The notes under the pieces are model-generated. The model saw nothing but the letters and a program-made list of their open reading frames with translations, was not told where the DNA came from and did no database searches. A DNA stretch of 62,459 nucleotides, filler included, from Stramenopiles sp. TOSAG23-2 (lineage: Eukaryota): assembly GCA_900128395.1 (NCBI GenBank). It is 20 parts of 20 records of this genome, joined end to end, with 100 filler letters (N's around TTAATTAATTAA, not from the genome) between each part and the next. Parts side by side here need not be neighbours in the genome. Positions count along the whole stretch, not along the records: positions 45,384 to 48,500 come from LT651362.1; positions 48,601 to 51,717 come from LT651363.1; positions 51,818 to 54,932 come from LT651364.1; positions 55,033 to 58,145 come from LT651365.1; 16 more parts are not named here. The stretch is one strand, 5' to 3'. This document shows positions 45,284 through 55,291 of the stretch, in pieces. Positions within the stretch are counted from its first letter, which is position 1. Every line of letters begins with the position of its first letter. A program made the position numbers and the translations under genes.

Positions 45284-45494
45284 NNNNNNNNNNNNNNNNN
45301 NNNNNNNNNNNNNNNNNNNNNNNNNNNTTAATTAATTAANNNNNNNNNNNNNNNNNNNNNNNNNNNNNNNNNNNNNNNNNNNNCTGTATATATACGGCTG
45401 CACTACCGACTGCCGCTAAATATGTGATGCGAGCACATTTACAACAACGATATTAATTGCAGACGACAGCCACCTTTGATAATAATAAAAAATT

Positions 45495-46711
45495 ATGGGA
45501 TTGAACACATATTCATTTATATTATTAGTTCACTTCTCCGCCCTGTTTCATGTTACTTTATCACTTGAAACAGTTAGATGGCATTCACAACATTTACAAG
45601 ATCAATTTGTTATGTCAAAAATATTTAACAATAAAACAAATGGATACTTTATAGAATTGGGTGCCGCAGATGGGTTGTTAATGTCCAATACAATCTCCTT
45701 GGAAAAATATTTCAATTGGAATGGGATATGTATTGAACCTAGTAGCGTGTACAAAAAGCTTGTATTAAGTAATAGAACGTGTGTTAAACGTGGGGATTTA
45801 ATTGGGTATCCATCAGGAGATGTAGTAGAATTTATTGAGCAATTATCGGACGGCGAGAATGAAATTGCTAAAAATAACGATTTTAATTATGTAAACCAAG
45901 GTACAATAATTCGAAAATATTAAAAGTGGTTCGTACATTAAGTGATATATTGGATGAATCAAATGCGCCAAATTATGTAGATTTTCTATCATTAGATACA
46001 GAAGGTTCTGAATTTGAAATACTTGAACATTTTCCTTTTTCAAATCGCAAATTTGGAGCAATGGCCATAGAGCATAATTATAATAATTCACGACGTACTG
46101 CAATAAAAAATTTACTGGAGAAAAACGGATATGTCTGGATCAACTGTGTAAATACAGATGACATTTATGTGAATGTAAAATTGATGTTAAAACAGAACGA
46201 TATTAAAGTCGATACAAGGATGTGTATGGGCACATTGATCGAATATACATGCGATCCAAATGACATAGCAAATGTTTGTACAGGTATAGAGCAAGAGGAA
46301 CTATCGTTTGTTGAAAACGACAAAGAAATAATTAATGGATTATTAAAAGATATAAAAGATTCAGGATACACAATTCCACAAGTATGTAATATGTTAAAAG
46401 CACATTGTCAGCAAATTACAAAAACACAAAAACATGATGTCATGATACCATTAATAATGTCTAGTGGACCTAAAATAGAAGTAGAAGTTGGTGATAGCTA
46501 TCGTGAATCTACTGTAATTCAATTTTCATCTCCAGATACAATTGAGGAGGCCAAACAATTTGTCAAAGACTTACAATTAAATGAGAGAGATGGTGACAGC
46601 TTTGTGGCAAGTGCAGTGGAAATCGTTCGTAATTACATAGATAAAGAGACGAAAGAGAATATTGAAAAAGTTCTTCTTTTAAGTGCGACAGCAGCAGGGC
46701 AGGCAAAATAA
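45495..46711 (+). CDS. FkbM-family methyltransferase with signal peptide/anchor, frameshifted near 45890-45925
   Basis: SQHLQD..V, GYFIELGAADG...SNT..LE...NWNGICIEP in the first ORF; TLSDILD..NAP..VDFLSLDTEGSE..IL..F...IEHN in the second ORF, in a different frame. Confidence 0.8.
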
Positions 46712-46948
46712 AAATAAATTGACACAAATACGAAGTCGTACTTGTAACAAAATGGTACGTACGTATCTACAAATGGTAGCGCTTAAATTTAAAAAAATGT
46801 AGTATGATAATAAGGTCTTATACAATATACTTAATTTAAAATTAATTGCTGTTGTTGTTTATATTCTTTGTAATATCATATTCGTACCTTGGTTTGATAT
46901 TTTTATGATTAATCTGTCGTCTCTCTAATGCATATATATGTTTTTTGC

Positions 46949-48217
46949 CTACAAAGTAATTTTTGGTTTTGTAATTAAATCTACCCAATATATTTCAAAA
47001 ACAAATCTTAGTTCCAATTTTTGATCAATGAAATAATGATCATAAGCAAATTTCTTCTCTCTTTTACGAAGCAATGATAATTGATCATGCTCCGCATTAG
47101 AATAATCAAAATCTACACCGTCGTATCCAATATCTTTTGCATCGGAGTGTCTAATTAAATCACATTCATATTCATAGTGATCATGCAGTGCCCGATAAAA
47201 AATCTCTGTTACTTTCTCGTCAATTATATTCAATTCCGTTTCATCACATTTAATTTTACGAATGGCACTTCTACCACGTACATAATTTTTAACACGATCT
47301 AACGATACACCTACATCATATCGTACTTCTGGCATTTCCATGGAAGATATTACATTTAATGGATTAAATTTATTATTATTTTCAAAAGCGGACTTCCATG
47401 TTCCATATTTTATTGCCAAGTCTGATTGTGAATAATATGGCGATATAATATCTTCAATCTCTTGTATCCATGGTATGGTTGTATCAAGCCTACGCCATAT
47501 TAAACCCAGCCTACCACCTTGTACTAGTACACGAGATATTTCATTTAATGATTTTTCATTTGCAAACTTATGAAATTCATTACATACAATTACACTTTTT
47601 ACACAACCATTCCGTAAGGGTATTTTCGATGATGAGCCCCTTGTTACAGGGCATTCAGGCGTCCTATTGGAGAATTCCACTCTATTTTCGAGTACTGGAT
47701 CACACGCAATCATGTTAATAGAATCATCTCGTTTAAATATTTGTTGTGCAAGTAAACCTGGGCCACAATGTAAATCCAATATGTCGAAATCATACAATAC
47801 ATTTGTATCTAATACGTTATGGTAATGTACAGTTTGTAACAAAGAATTAATTGCTGTTTTCGAAAATGGCTTGTTGACAAAAAAGTATTCTACCAATTTA
47901 CTAGTAACAGGAAATTTTCTCCTTCNNNNNNNNNNNNNNNNNNNNNNNNNNNNNNNNNNNNNNNNNNNNAGCCAACCTGAGCTACTTCGTTCATTTTTTT
48001 TTTCATCATTTAATGTTTTAAAGAAATTTAAATTTGGATTCATCAGTTTTTTATTTACATATATTTCATTTGGATCTTCATCATCTACTTTTAATTTCTC
48101 ATCAATAGCGATATTGAATTTTTCTTCATTTTCAGTACTAAATCTTCGATTGAAAACCTTCAATTTTCGAGCTATGTTGGTCCAACCATACTTTGTCTTT
48201 TTTACAATCTTGTACAT
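46949..48217 (-). CDS. Class I SAM-dependent methyltransferase (Methyltransf_11-like), possibly mitochondrial
   Basis: ILDLHCGPG, IACDP, GSSSKIPL, FHKF, EISRVLVQGGRLGLIW; basic N-terminus. Internal N gap 47926-47969. Confidence 0.75.
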   Translation of the reverse strand: MYKIVKKTKYGWTNIARKLKVFNRRFSTENEEKFNIAIDEKLKVDDEDPNEIYVNKKLMNPNLNFFKTLNDEKKNERSSSGWXXXXXXXXXXXXXXXXRRKFPVTSKLVEYFFVNKPFSKTAINSLLQTVHYHNVLDTNVLYDFDILDLHCGPGLLAQQIFKRDDSINMIACDPVLENRVEFSNRTPECPVTRGSSSKIPLRNGCVKSVIVCNEFHKFANEKSLNEISRVLVQGGRLGLIWRRLDTTIPWIQEIEDIISPYYSQSDLAIKYGTWKSAFENNNKFNPLNVISSMEMPEVRYDVGVSLDRVKNYVRGRSAIRKIKCDETELNIIDEKVTEIFYRALHDHYEYECDLIRHSDAKDIGYDGVDFDYSNAEHDQLSLLRKREKKFAYDHYFIDQKLELRFVFEIYWVDLITKPKITL

Positions 48218-49136
48218 ATTTAAAATATCGCAAAACAAATTAAAAAATCTATACTACTACTATACAATGAAATGTTAATACATACATATATATATATATA
48301 TACTACAAGTTGTATTGCTTGTTTCATTATACAACAACTATTTTATTTGTATTATATTGACATATTCGATCGAATGCCTGAATGATCAAATAAAAATTAA
48401 TAATAATTTTTGATGAGATTTTTTTAAAGCACCTTAATGGATTTAATGGGTTTAAGGCATTCTCGAAAGACGACTTTTTTAACCTTCAAATTTATTACAA
48501 NNNNNNNNNNNNNNNNNNNNNNNNNNNNNNNNNNNNNNNNNNNNTTAATTAATTAANNNNNNNNNNNNNNNNNNNNNNNNNNNNNNNNNNNNNNNNNNNN
48601 TAAGCATAATTTTATACATTTTAATGCTGTGTCCATGTAGTTGTGCCTATCGGTGCTGCCGTCCTCTCTTCTCCTTGATGTCCATTAAAAATGAATAAAA
48701 ATAAGTTGAAATATATGAAATATAGGTCCTAGCTAGGAAGCTCTAGCTAGTCTTGGTAGTAGAGAAGAGCAGCAAAAAGATAAAGAGGAAGAAGAAATAT
48801 AAAATAAATTACTATTGTGGGATACACATTGAGATAATTTATATGGACACACAATGGGAATTTTAGGTACTTATACTTACATGACATAGCACTATCTTTG
48901 TCTTTGTGAGCAGGAGAGTCTTAATACTACTACAAAAATATTATTATATTTTATTTCAATTATATATAGTTTTAATTATTATAAGATATAGATTATCGAC
49001 AACAACAAGAACAGTAGATATAAACTTACAACCAATACAATCATATTAAAGACATAACATACGTTCGTTTTTCTATTTATATTTTTTTTTTTCAAAAACA
49101 ATACGAGTATATATATATAATATATATATTGCTAAC

Positions 49137-51002
49137 ATGCTTCGCACTGCTGTACGATCGATATTGAGAAAGAACAATACGAAACAACAACAACAGAATG
49201 TATTGAAAAAAATGAATAATAAAAATTATACAACATTGTTAAATAATAATAGCAATAGGATAAAAAATAATAGTAATAGTAGAAACATGATTTATAACCA
49301 AATCAATAATATGAATTCTGTTTCTAGAGTTTTAGGCACCACCAGCCAAATGCATAATAAAAGAATGTATCATTCTATTGACGATAGAGCACCTGTTATT
49401 GATGGGAATGTTGATAAAAATGAAGAAGCTTACAAAAAAAATTATGAAGATATGACTGCAGTTATTAACCAGCTAAGAGGTGATTTGGATACTATTAAAC
49501 AAGGTGGAGGTAAGAAAGCACGTGAATTGCACACTGGAAGAAACAAAATGTTGGTACGCGACAGGATCGATACATTGTTGGACCCACAATCACCATTTCT
49601 TGAATTATCACCTTTAGCTGGTTGGGAATTATATGATGGAGAAACAATTCCATCTGGTGGTGTTGTTACTGGTATTGGACGTGTTGCAGGGCAAGAGTGC
49701 ATGATAGTTGCAAACGATGCGACCGTGAAAGGTGGTACTTATTACCCGATCACAGTTAAAAAACATTTACGCGCACAAGAAATTGCTGCAGAAAACAATT
49801 TACCATGCATTTATTTAGTAGATAGTGGTGGTGCATTTTTACCAAAACAAGATGAAGTCTTTCCAGATCGTGATCATTTTGGACGTATATTTTACAATCA
49901 AGCAAATATGTCTGCAAAAGGCATACCACAAATTGCAGTTGTAATGGGTTCTTGTACGGCTGGTGGTGCGTATGTACCTGCAATGAGTGATGAAAGTGTT
50001 ATTGTGAAAAAAAATGGAACAATTTTCCTTGGTGGACCACCATTGGTCAAAGCAGCTACTGGTGAAATTGTATCCGCAGAAGATTTAGGAGGTGCAGATG
50101 TTCATTGTAGAACAAGTGGTGTTACGGATCATTTTGCAAATAACGATCAACATGCATTGCAAATTGCACGAAGAATCGCGAAGAATTTAAATCGTCGTAA
50201 AGAACCAAATTTAAGTTTAAATGCAAATTATGACGAGCCACTTTATTCAGCTGATGAATTACGTGGTATTGTGCCATGTGATTTGACAAAAACATTTGAT
50301 ATACGACAAGTTATTGCTAGAATTGTGGATGGTAGTCGTTTCGATGAATTTAAAAAATTCTATGGTACGTCTTTAGTGACAGGTTTTGCTGAGATGTATG
50401 GCATGCCAGTTGGTATTGTTGCAAACAATGGTATTTTATTTTCAGAAAGTGCAGTAAAAGGCGCTCATTTTGTCGAGCTTTGCAGTCAACGTGGTATACC
50501 ATTGTTGTTTTTACAAAATATTACTGGATTCATGGTTGGCAGAACATATGAAGCTGGTGGTATTGCAAAGGATGGTGCAAAAATGGTAATGGCAGTTGCA
50601 TGTGCAAATGTACCTAAAATTACTTGTGTAGTTGGTGGTAGTTATGGTGCTGGAAATTATGGTATGTGTGGTAGAGCATATTCACCACGTTTTATGTACA
50701 TGTGGCCAAATTCACGCGTTAGTGTTATGGGTGGTGCACAAGCTGCAACAGTTTTATCCACAGTAACACGTGATGGAAAAGAACGCAATGGAGAAGAATG
50801 GAGTGCAGAGGAAGAAGAGAAATTTAAAGAGCCAATTGTATCGAAATATGAGCATGAAGGGCATCCATATTATGCAAGTGGTCGTTTATGGGATGATGGT
50901 GTTATTGAACCGGAAAGTACACGTAGTGTTATCGGTTTAAGTTTAAGTGCTGCATTAAATCAACCAATTGATGATACTAATTTCGGTGTGTTTAGAATGT
51001 AA
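49137..51002 (+). CDS. MCCC2: Methylcrotonoyl-CoA carboxylase beta subunit, mitochondrial
   Basis: [58 protein letters not shown]-terminal FGVFRM; presequence-like N-terminus. Confidence 0.96.
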   Translation: MLRTAVRSILRKNNTKQQQQNVLKKMNNKNYTTLLNNNSNRIKNNSNSRNMIYNQINNMNSVSRVLGTTSQMHNKRMYHSIDDRAPVIDGNVDKNEEAYKKNYEDMTAVINQLRGDLDTIKQGGGKKARELHTGRNKMLVRDRIDTLLDPQSPFLELSPLAGWELYDGETIPSGGVVTGIGRVAGQECMIVANDATVKGGTYYPITVKKHLRAQEIAAENNLPCIYLVDSGGAFLPKQDEVFPDRDHFGRIFYNQANMSAKGIPQIAVVMGSCTAGGAYVPAMSDESVIVKKNGTIFLGGPPLVKAATGEIVSAEDLGGADVHCRTSGVTDHFANNDQHALQIARRIAKNLNRRKEPNLSLNANYDEPLYSADELRGIVPCDLTKTFDIRQVIARIVDGSRFDEFKKFYGTSLVTGFAEMYGMPVGIVANNGILFSESAVKGAHFVELCSQRGIPLLFLQNITGFMVGRTYEAGGIAKDGAKMVMAVACANVPKITCVVGGSYGAGNYGMCGRAYSPRFMYMWPNSRVSVMGGAQAATVLSTVTRDGKERNGEEWSAEEEEKFKEPIVSKYEHEGHPYYASGRLWDDGVIEPESTRSVIGLSLSAALNQPIDDTNFGVFRM

Positions 51003-51246
51003 TAATATATTTTATCGGAAGAGAAGAGAAGAGAGAGAGATTGGTGTTGTGACCAAGAAAAGATATTCGTGTACCATAATTTTATTATATATAATATATG
51101 TTATAAAAAAAATACACATATGTACCATACTTGGATATGCAAAAAAAAATTTTTCTAAATATATATATTTTTTTCCTTTCTATGATTTGTAGAAAAAAAA
51201 ATGTTTTTCTCTGCACATTGAATAATCCAATTTCTATAAATTATAA

Positions 51247-51450
51247 TTAAAAATCCCCATCAAAATCCCAAGTCCCTTCTTTAGCTTCCTTCTGTAGCGT
51301 AACCAAGTGTTGTTCTTCCTTTTTCAATGCATTTTGGAACGCATTAAACGTTTTAACAGCGGCTGCATCGTCCCAGTCAAGTTTCTCTCCCATTGATTTT
51401 CTTTGTGCTTGCATTTGACTAACTTTTGCTTTTTGTGCGTTTACTGACAT
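51247..51450 (-). CDS. Small helical protein (67 aa), unknown function
   Basis: Clean ATG...TAA with coding-like composition inside very AT-rich flanks; acidic-aromatic tail WDFDGDF. Confidence 0.6.
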   Translation of the reverse strand: MSVNAQKAKVSQMQAQRKSMGEKLDWDDAAAVKTFNAFQNALKKEEQHLVTLQKEAKEGTWDFDGDF

Positions 51451-52509
51451 TCTAAATAATTTATAAATATATATTCTTTTGTTTTACTTCAAATTTACGT
51501 TTATTTTATGTTTTCTATTTTTCTTCTTTATAAATATAAAATCGTTTTTTTATTATTTTATCTGTTTCTTATTTCTTTTAATTAGTGATACAATATATAT
51601 ATATATATATATTCATATTGAACTTTGTTGTTTCTTGTATCTCTCTTAGTTAGTTTTCGTTTTAAAAAAAATGCCATACGGCGAGGGCCCTACATTTGTT
51701 TTTTAAGGGTGTGAGTTNNNNNNNNNNNNNNNNNNNNNNNNNNNNNNNNNNNNNNNNNNNNTTAATTAATTAANNNNNNNNNNNNNNNNNNNNNNNNNNN
51801 NNNNNNNNNNNNNNNNNTTCTTATGAAGTATATCTATCGTTTGTAAAAATGAGATGTAAAAAGTTTAATATATACTATTTTATTCTTTTGTTAACTATGT
51901 ATATGAATTTGTTTGAATGTATATATAATTGAAATAATATATATACTTTCAATATATATAAATATATATACTTTCTGGGGTGAAAATTAGTATATATATT
52001 AGTATACTCGTATTATATAGGCATATCATAAATATCAGCTCGTGTACATACTAGACTAGATCTACCTATGATATGTAAAAATATAATAAAAAATATAATC
52101 AATTAATCCAGGTTGATATATGAGTATTTTTCTGATATTATATTGGATGGACATTTATGATGTGTCATTTGATAGACGCCAGCCCTATAAGGCAAGCTAA
52201 TACAGTATAGATGATGAAAGAGATGATACATGATGAGAAGTCCAAATGTCCAGATCTAAAAGTCCAAAATCATGCAAAATCCGAAAATACAAATTTTCTA
52301 AGATATGCATATATATATATTTCATCAATATATATAAAAGATACACCATTTCATTTTGTTGTAATGATAATACAACAAATGCATGTATGTGAATTATACC
52401 AAGGTTTTTATTTATCTATTTATTTCAAAAAGGGTGTTAAATGTAAGAATATATCTATTTTATATTTATATAATATATATAATAGACAACCATATTGATA
52501 AACTATAAG

Positions 52510-53262
52510 ATGATACGTGTATATGGACAACCACGTACAAGGACTGGACGTACCATTTGGTGTTTAAGAGAGATTGGTGTTGATTTCAAGGTGGAACAGA
52601 AAAAATTATTTGCAGGTGTAAAAGATTTTAATCCAAATAATAAACAACCTGTTATCGTCGATGTAGATGGTACTATTGTATATGAAAGTATGGCTATTAA
52701 TTTATATTTAGCGAAAAAATATAAAGATGTAAATCCTGATTTTGCACCAAAAAATATGAAAGAAGAGGCGAAAACGTTGACTTGGTCATTTTGGGTTATG
52801 ACCGAGTTAGACAGAGTATTTTTTGAAATGTTATTTATCAACAAAGGCGTTGCAACAAGGTCTGCGCATCCGCTAACGAATGCAGAAAATTACACAAATC
52901 GTTTTGGACGCCCTCCAACAGAAAGACTTGCAATGAGATTAGCAGGTGAAGCAGAAATTGCGTTGAATATTTTAAACAGCGAATTAGCTGATGGAAAAGA
53001 ATATTTAGTTGGTAATCGATTTACCGTAACTGATTTAAACATTTGTTCTGTTTTAACATGGGCTCAATATGCTCCATATCCACTTTTAGATAAATTTGAA
53101 AATGTAAAACGATATTTTAACAGATGTATTGAACGGCCAACATCATTAAGTTCAAATTCATATCCAACAAAAGTAGCGAATAGCAATGAATCATTTCCTG
53201 CAAATATTGAAACTTTCAATTCTAAATATGCAAAAATTGGATATGTTGCGGCAAAATTATAA
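52510..53262 (+). CDS. Glutathione S-transferase
   Basis: RTRTGRTIWCLREIG, NPNNKQPVI.D....YESMAINLYLA, YLVGNRFTVTDL. Confidence 0.88.
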   Translation: MIRVYGQPRTRTGRTIWCLREIGVDFKVEQKKLFAGVKDFNPNNKQPVIVDVDGTIVYESMAINLYLAKKYKDVNPDFAPKNMKEEAKTLTWSFWVMTELDRVFFEMLFINKGVATRSAHPLTNAENYTNRFGRPPTERLAMRLAGEAEIALNILNSELADGKEYLVGNRFTVTDLNICSVLTWAQYAPYPLLDKFENVKRYFNRCIERPTSLSSNSYPTKVANSNESFPANIETFNSKYAKIGYVAAKL

Positions 53263-53448
53263 AATATTATATAAAAGAAGAGAAAAAGAGTTATACGATA
53301 TATTATAAAGAAAAAACAGAATAGTATTTAATACCGAGGGGTGCAAATAAAAAAATACTATATGAGATGTCTATTTTTAAATCTTCTTTTTTTAAAATAT
53401 TATATATTATATCATATTTTTGCCTTTTTTCTTTTCTTTTTTTTTTTT

Positions 53449-54468
53449 TTAATGCTTCCATTTAATACCATGTTTTTGAAATTGATTTTGTATGGTAAAG
53501 GTGAATTGTATGAATTTATTCCAATCGTCTAAATGATATGAGCAGTTCTGGCCCAATACATATAGACGATTTAGAATTAATGAAACTATACGAGTTTTTT
53601 GACCTTTTTGTGACCGAATAATTTCGATTACATCCTTTGTCTCGTTATAGGTAATTGATTTGGCTTTTGAATGTTGCTGTATTTGCTTTAAATCGTTGAT
53701 TAATAAGTTCTTTAGCTTCAATTTGTATTCACTTAAATTTATTGTAATTGGTATTGACAGATCATCATCAATAATTTTTGGAATAATAGATGTTTCCTCC
53801 TTTTTCGTCTCTTCTTTTTTCTTCTTTTCATCTAATAATAATCTTTGTTTTTGCTGGGCATGTAAATCCATTGCTGATCCAATTGAAAAAGCAGATGGAA
53901 TTTTTTCACACCCAGAAAGAGGTACCGCTCCGACTATAGCCCATGGCCCTTTGGAACCCCTTGCAAGCACAAAAACATGATTTACATCAAAGCAAGATAT
54001 TTTTAAACTCGACGTATATTGTTGTTTTAAGCATTGAACTTTATTTTTAGCAACACTTCCTAATCCTACGTGTGGAACCCACGGCTCTTCCACTTTAAAA
54101 CCGCTATTTTTAATAGCTTGAGGTAAGTTAGTAAGACAGGTCGGATCGCTATAATTTGTTGTCGGGACAACGTAGATGACACTCGTCTTCCCATAATTGA
54201 ATGTCTTCAGGCCGTCCAGCTTGATGCAAAATGGAATATGATTTTTAAGATTTTTTTTTAGCTTTTCACATATATCAGCTATTGACTGATTGTTGTATTT
54301 TGTTTGAGCTAATGTGATATGGGGAAAAGCCCTGCGTCCACGCTTATATAGACTCTGTTTTAAATATTGTTTCTTGATCGCTACATATTGTGGCCATTCC
54401 TCCGAAGGCGGGATTAAAGCTATCATAAGCTCCTTTGGTTTAGAGTTTGAATTTGTAAATTTGGACAT
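53449..54468 (-). CDS. 2H phosphoesterase (2'-5' RNA ligase-like) domain protein
   Basis: ALIPP..W, FPHITL, PF.I.L....F, VIYVVP and WVPHVGLG. Confidence 0.7.
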   Translation of the reverse strand: MSKFTNSNSKPKELMIALIPPSEEWPQYVAIKKQYLKQSLYKRGRRAFPHITLAQTKYNNQSIADICEKLKKNLKNHIPFCIKLDGLKTFNYGKTSVIYVVPTTNYSDPTCLTNLPQAIKNSGFKVEEPWVPHVGLGSVAKNKVQCLKQQYTSSLKISCFDVNHVFVLARGSKGPWAIVGAVPLSGCEKIPSAFSIGSAMDLHAQQKQRLLLDEKKKKEETKKEETSIIPKIIDDDLSIPITINLSEYKLKLKNLLINDLKQIQQHSKAKSITYNETKDVIEIIRSQKGQKTRIVSLILNRLYVLGQNCSYHLDDWNKFIQFTFTIQNQFQKHGIKWKH

Positions 54469-55291
54469 TCTTTTTTTTTTATATATATATATATAAATTT
54501 TGAAATGTATTATTTGATTTTCTATGTGTTTAAATTTATAATTTATTCTGTTTTTATTATTTTTGTTGTTTAAACGTATTCTTTTGTTTATTCTTTGTTT
54601 GTTTTGTATTTTTAGATCTATAGACTTTTATATAATATATATTATTATAGCTTGTAGATATACTGTAGTATATTACTATTAAATACTTTTGTATTTAATA
54701 AATCGAACGAAAGGAAAAGTATAAAAAGGAACATCACTCTTCTTCCTTTTGATAAAATGTTGGGCCGAAATAAATCTGGAAAGCTGGAAAGCTGGAAAAA
54801 GTTTCTTCACCTTAAAGGTGTGAGAGATGGGAGATGGAGCTATTGTGCCTGTATTGGCTGCAAAACCTATTTCTTTTGTAGTCTAAGAATCGAAGAAACT
54901 TTGAAAAATATATAAATATTTTCCTAATATCTNNNNNNNNNNNNNNNNNNNNNNNNNNNNNNNNNNNNNNNNNNNNTTAATTAATTAANNNNNNNNNNNN
55001 NNNNNNNNNNNNNNNNNNNNNNNNNNNNNNNNACACTATTTACAGAAACCAGGATGAAAAAATGAATTACGTATATCATACGCGAGTATGTCAAGATGTA
55101 TGATATTAAATACGAGAGAAAGTTCGTACATTTTAGTACGTAACACAATAAAAAGATATATAAAATATTACAGCACGAAGTGTGTCGCGTGTATTACTAA
55201 AATAAAATATCGCGCTCTTTTAATATATAAAAATGACTATTGAATAAAATAAAATACTATACACTCTCAATACATTTGATAAAAAATGTTT

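Noticed and set aside
45890-45930. Programmed frameshift in the FkbM gene
   Set aside because: No clear slippery heptamer or downstream structure; a small deletion or assembly error is simpler.
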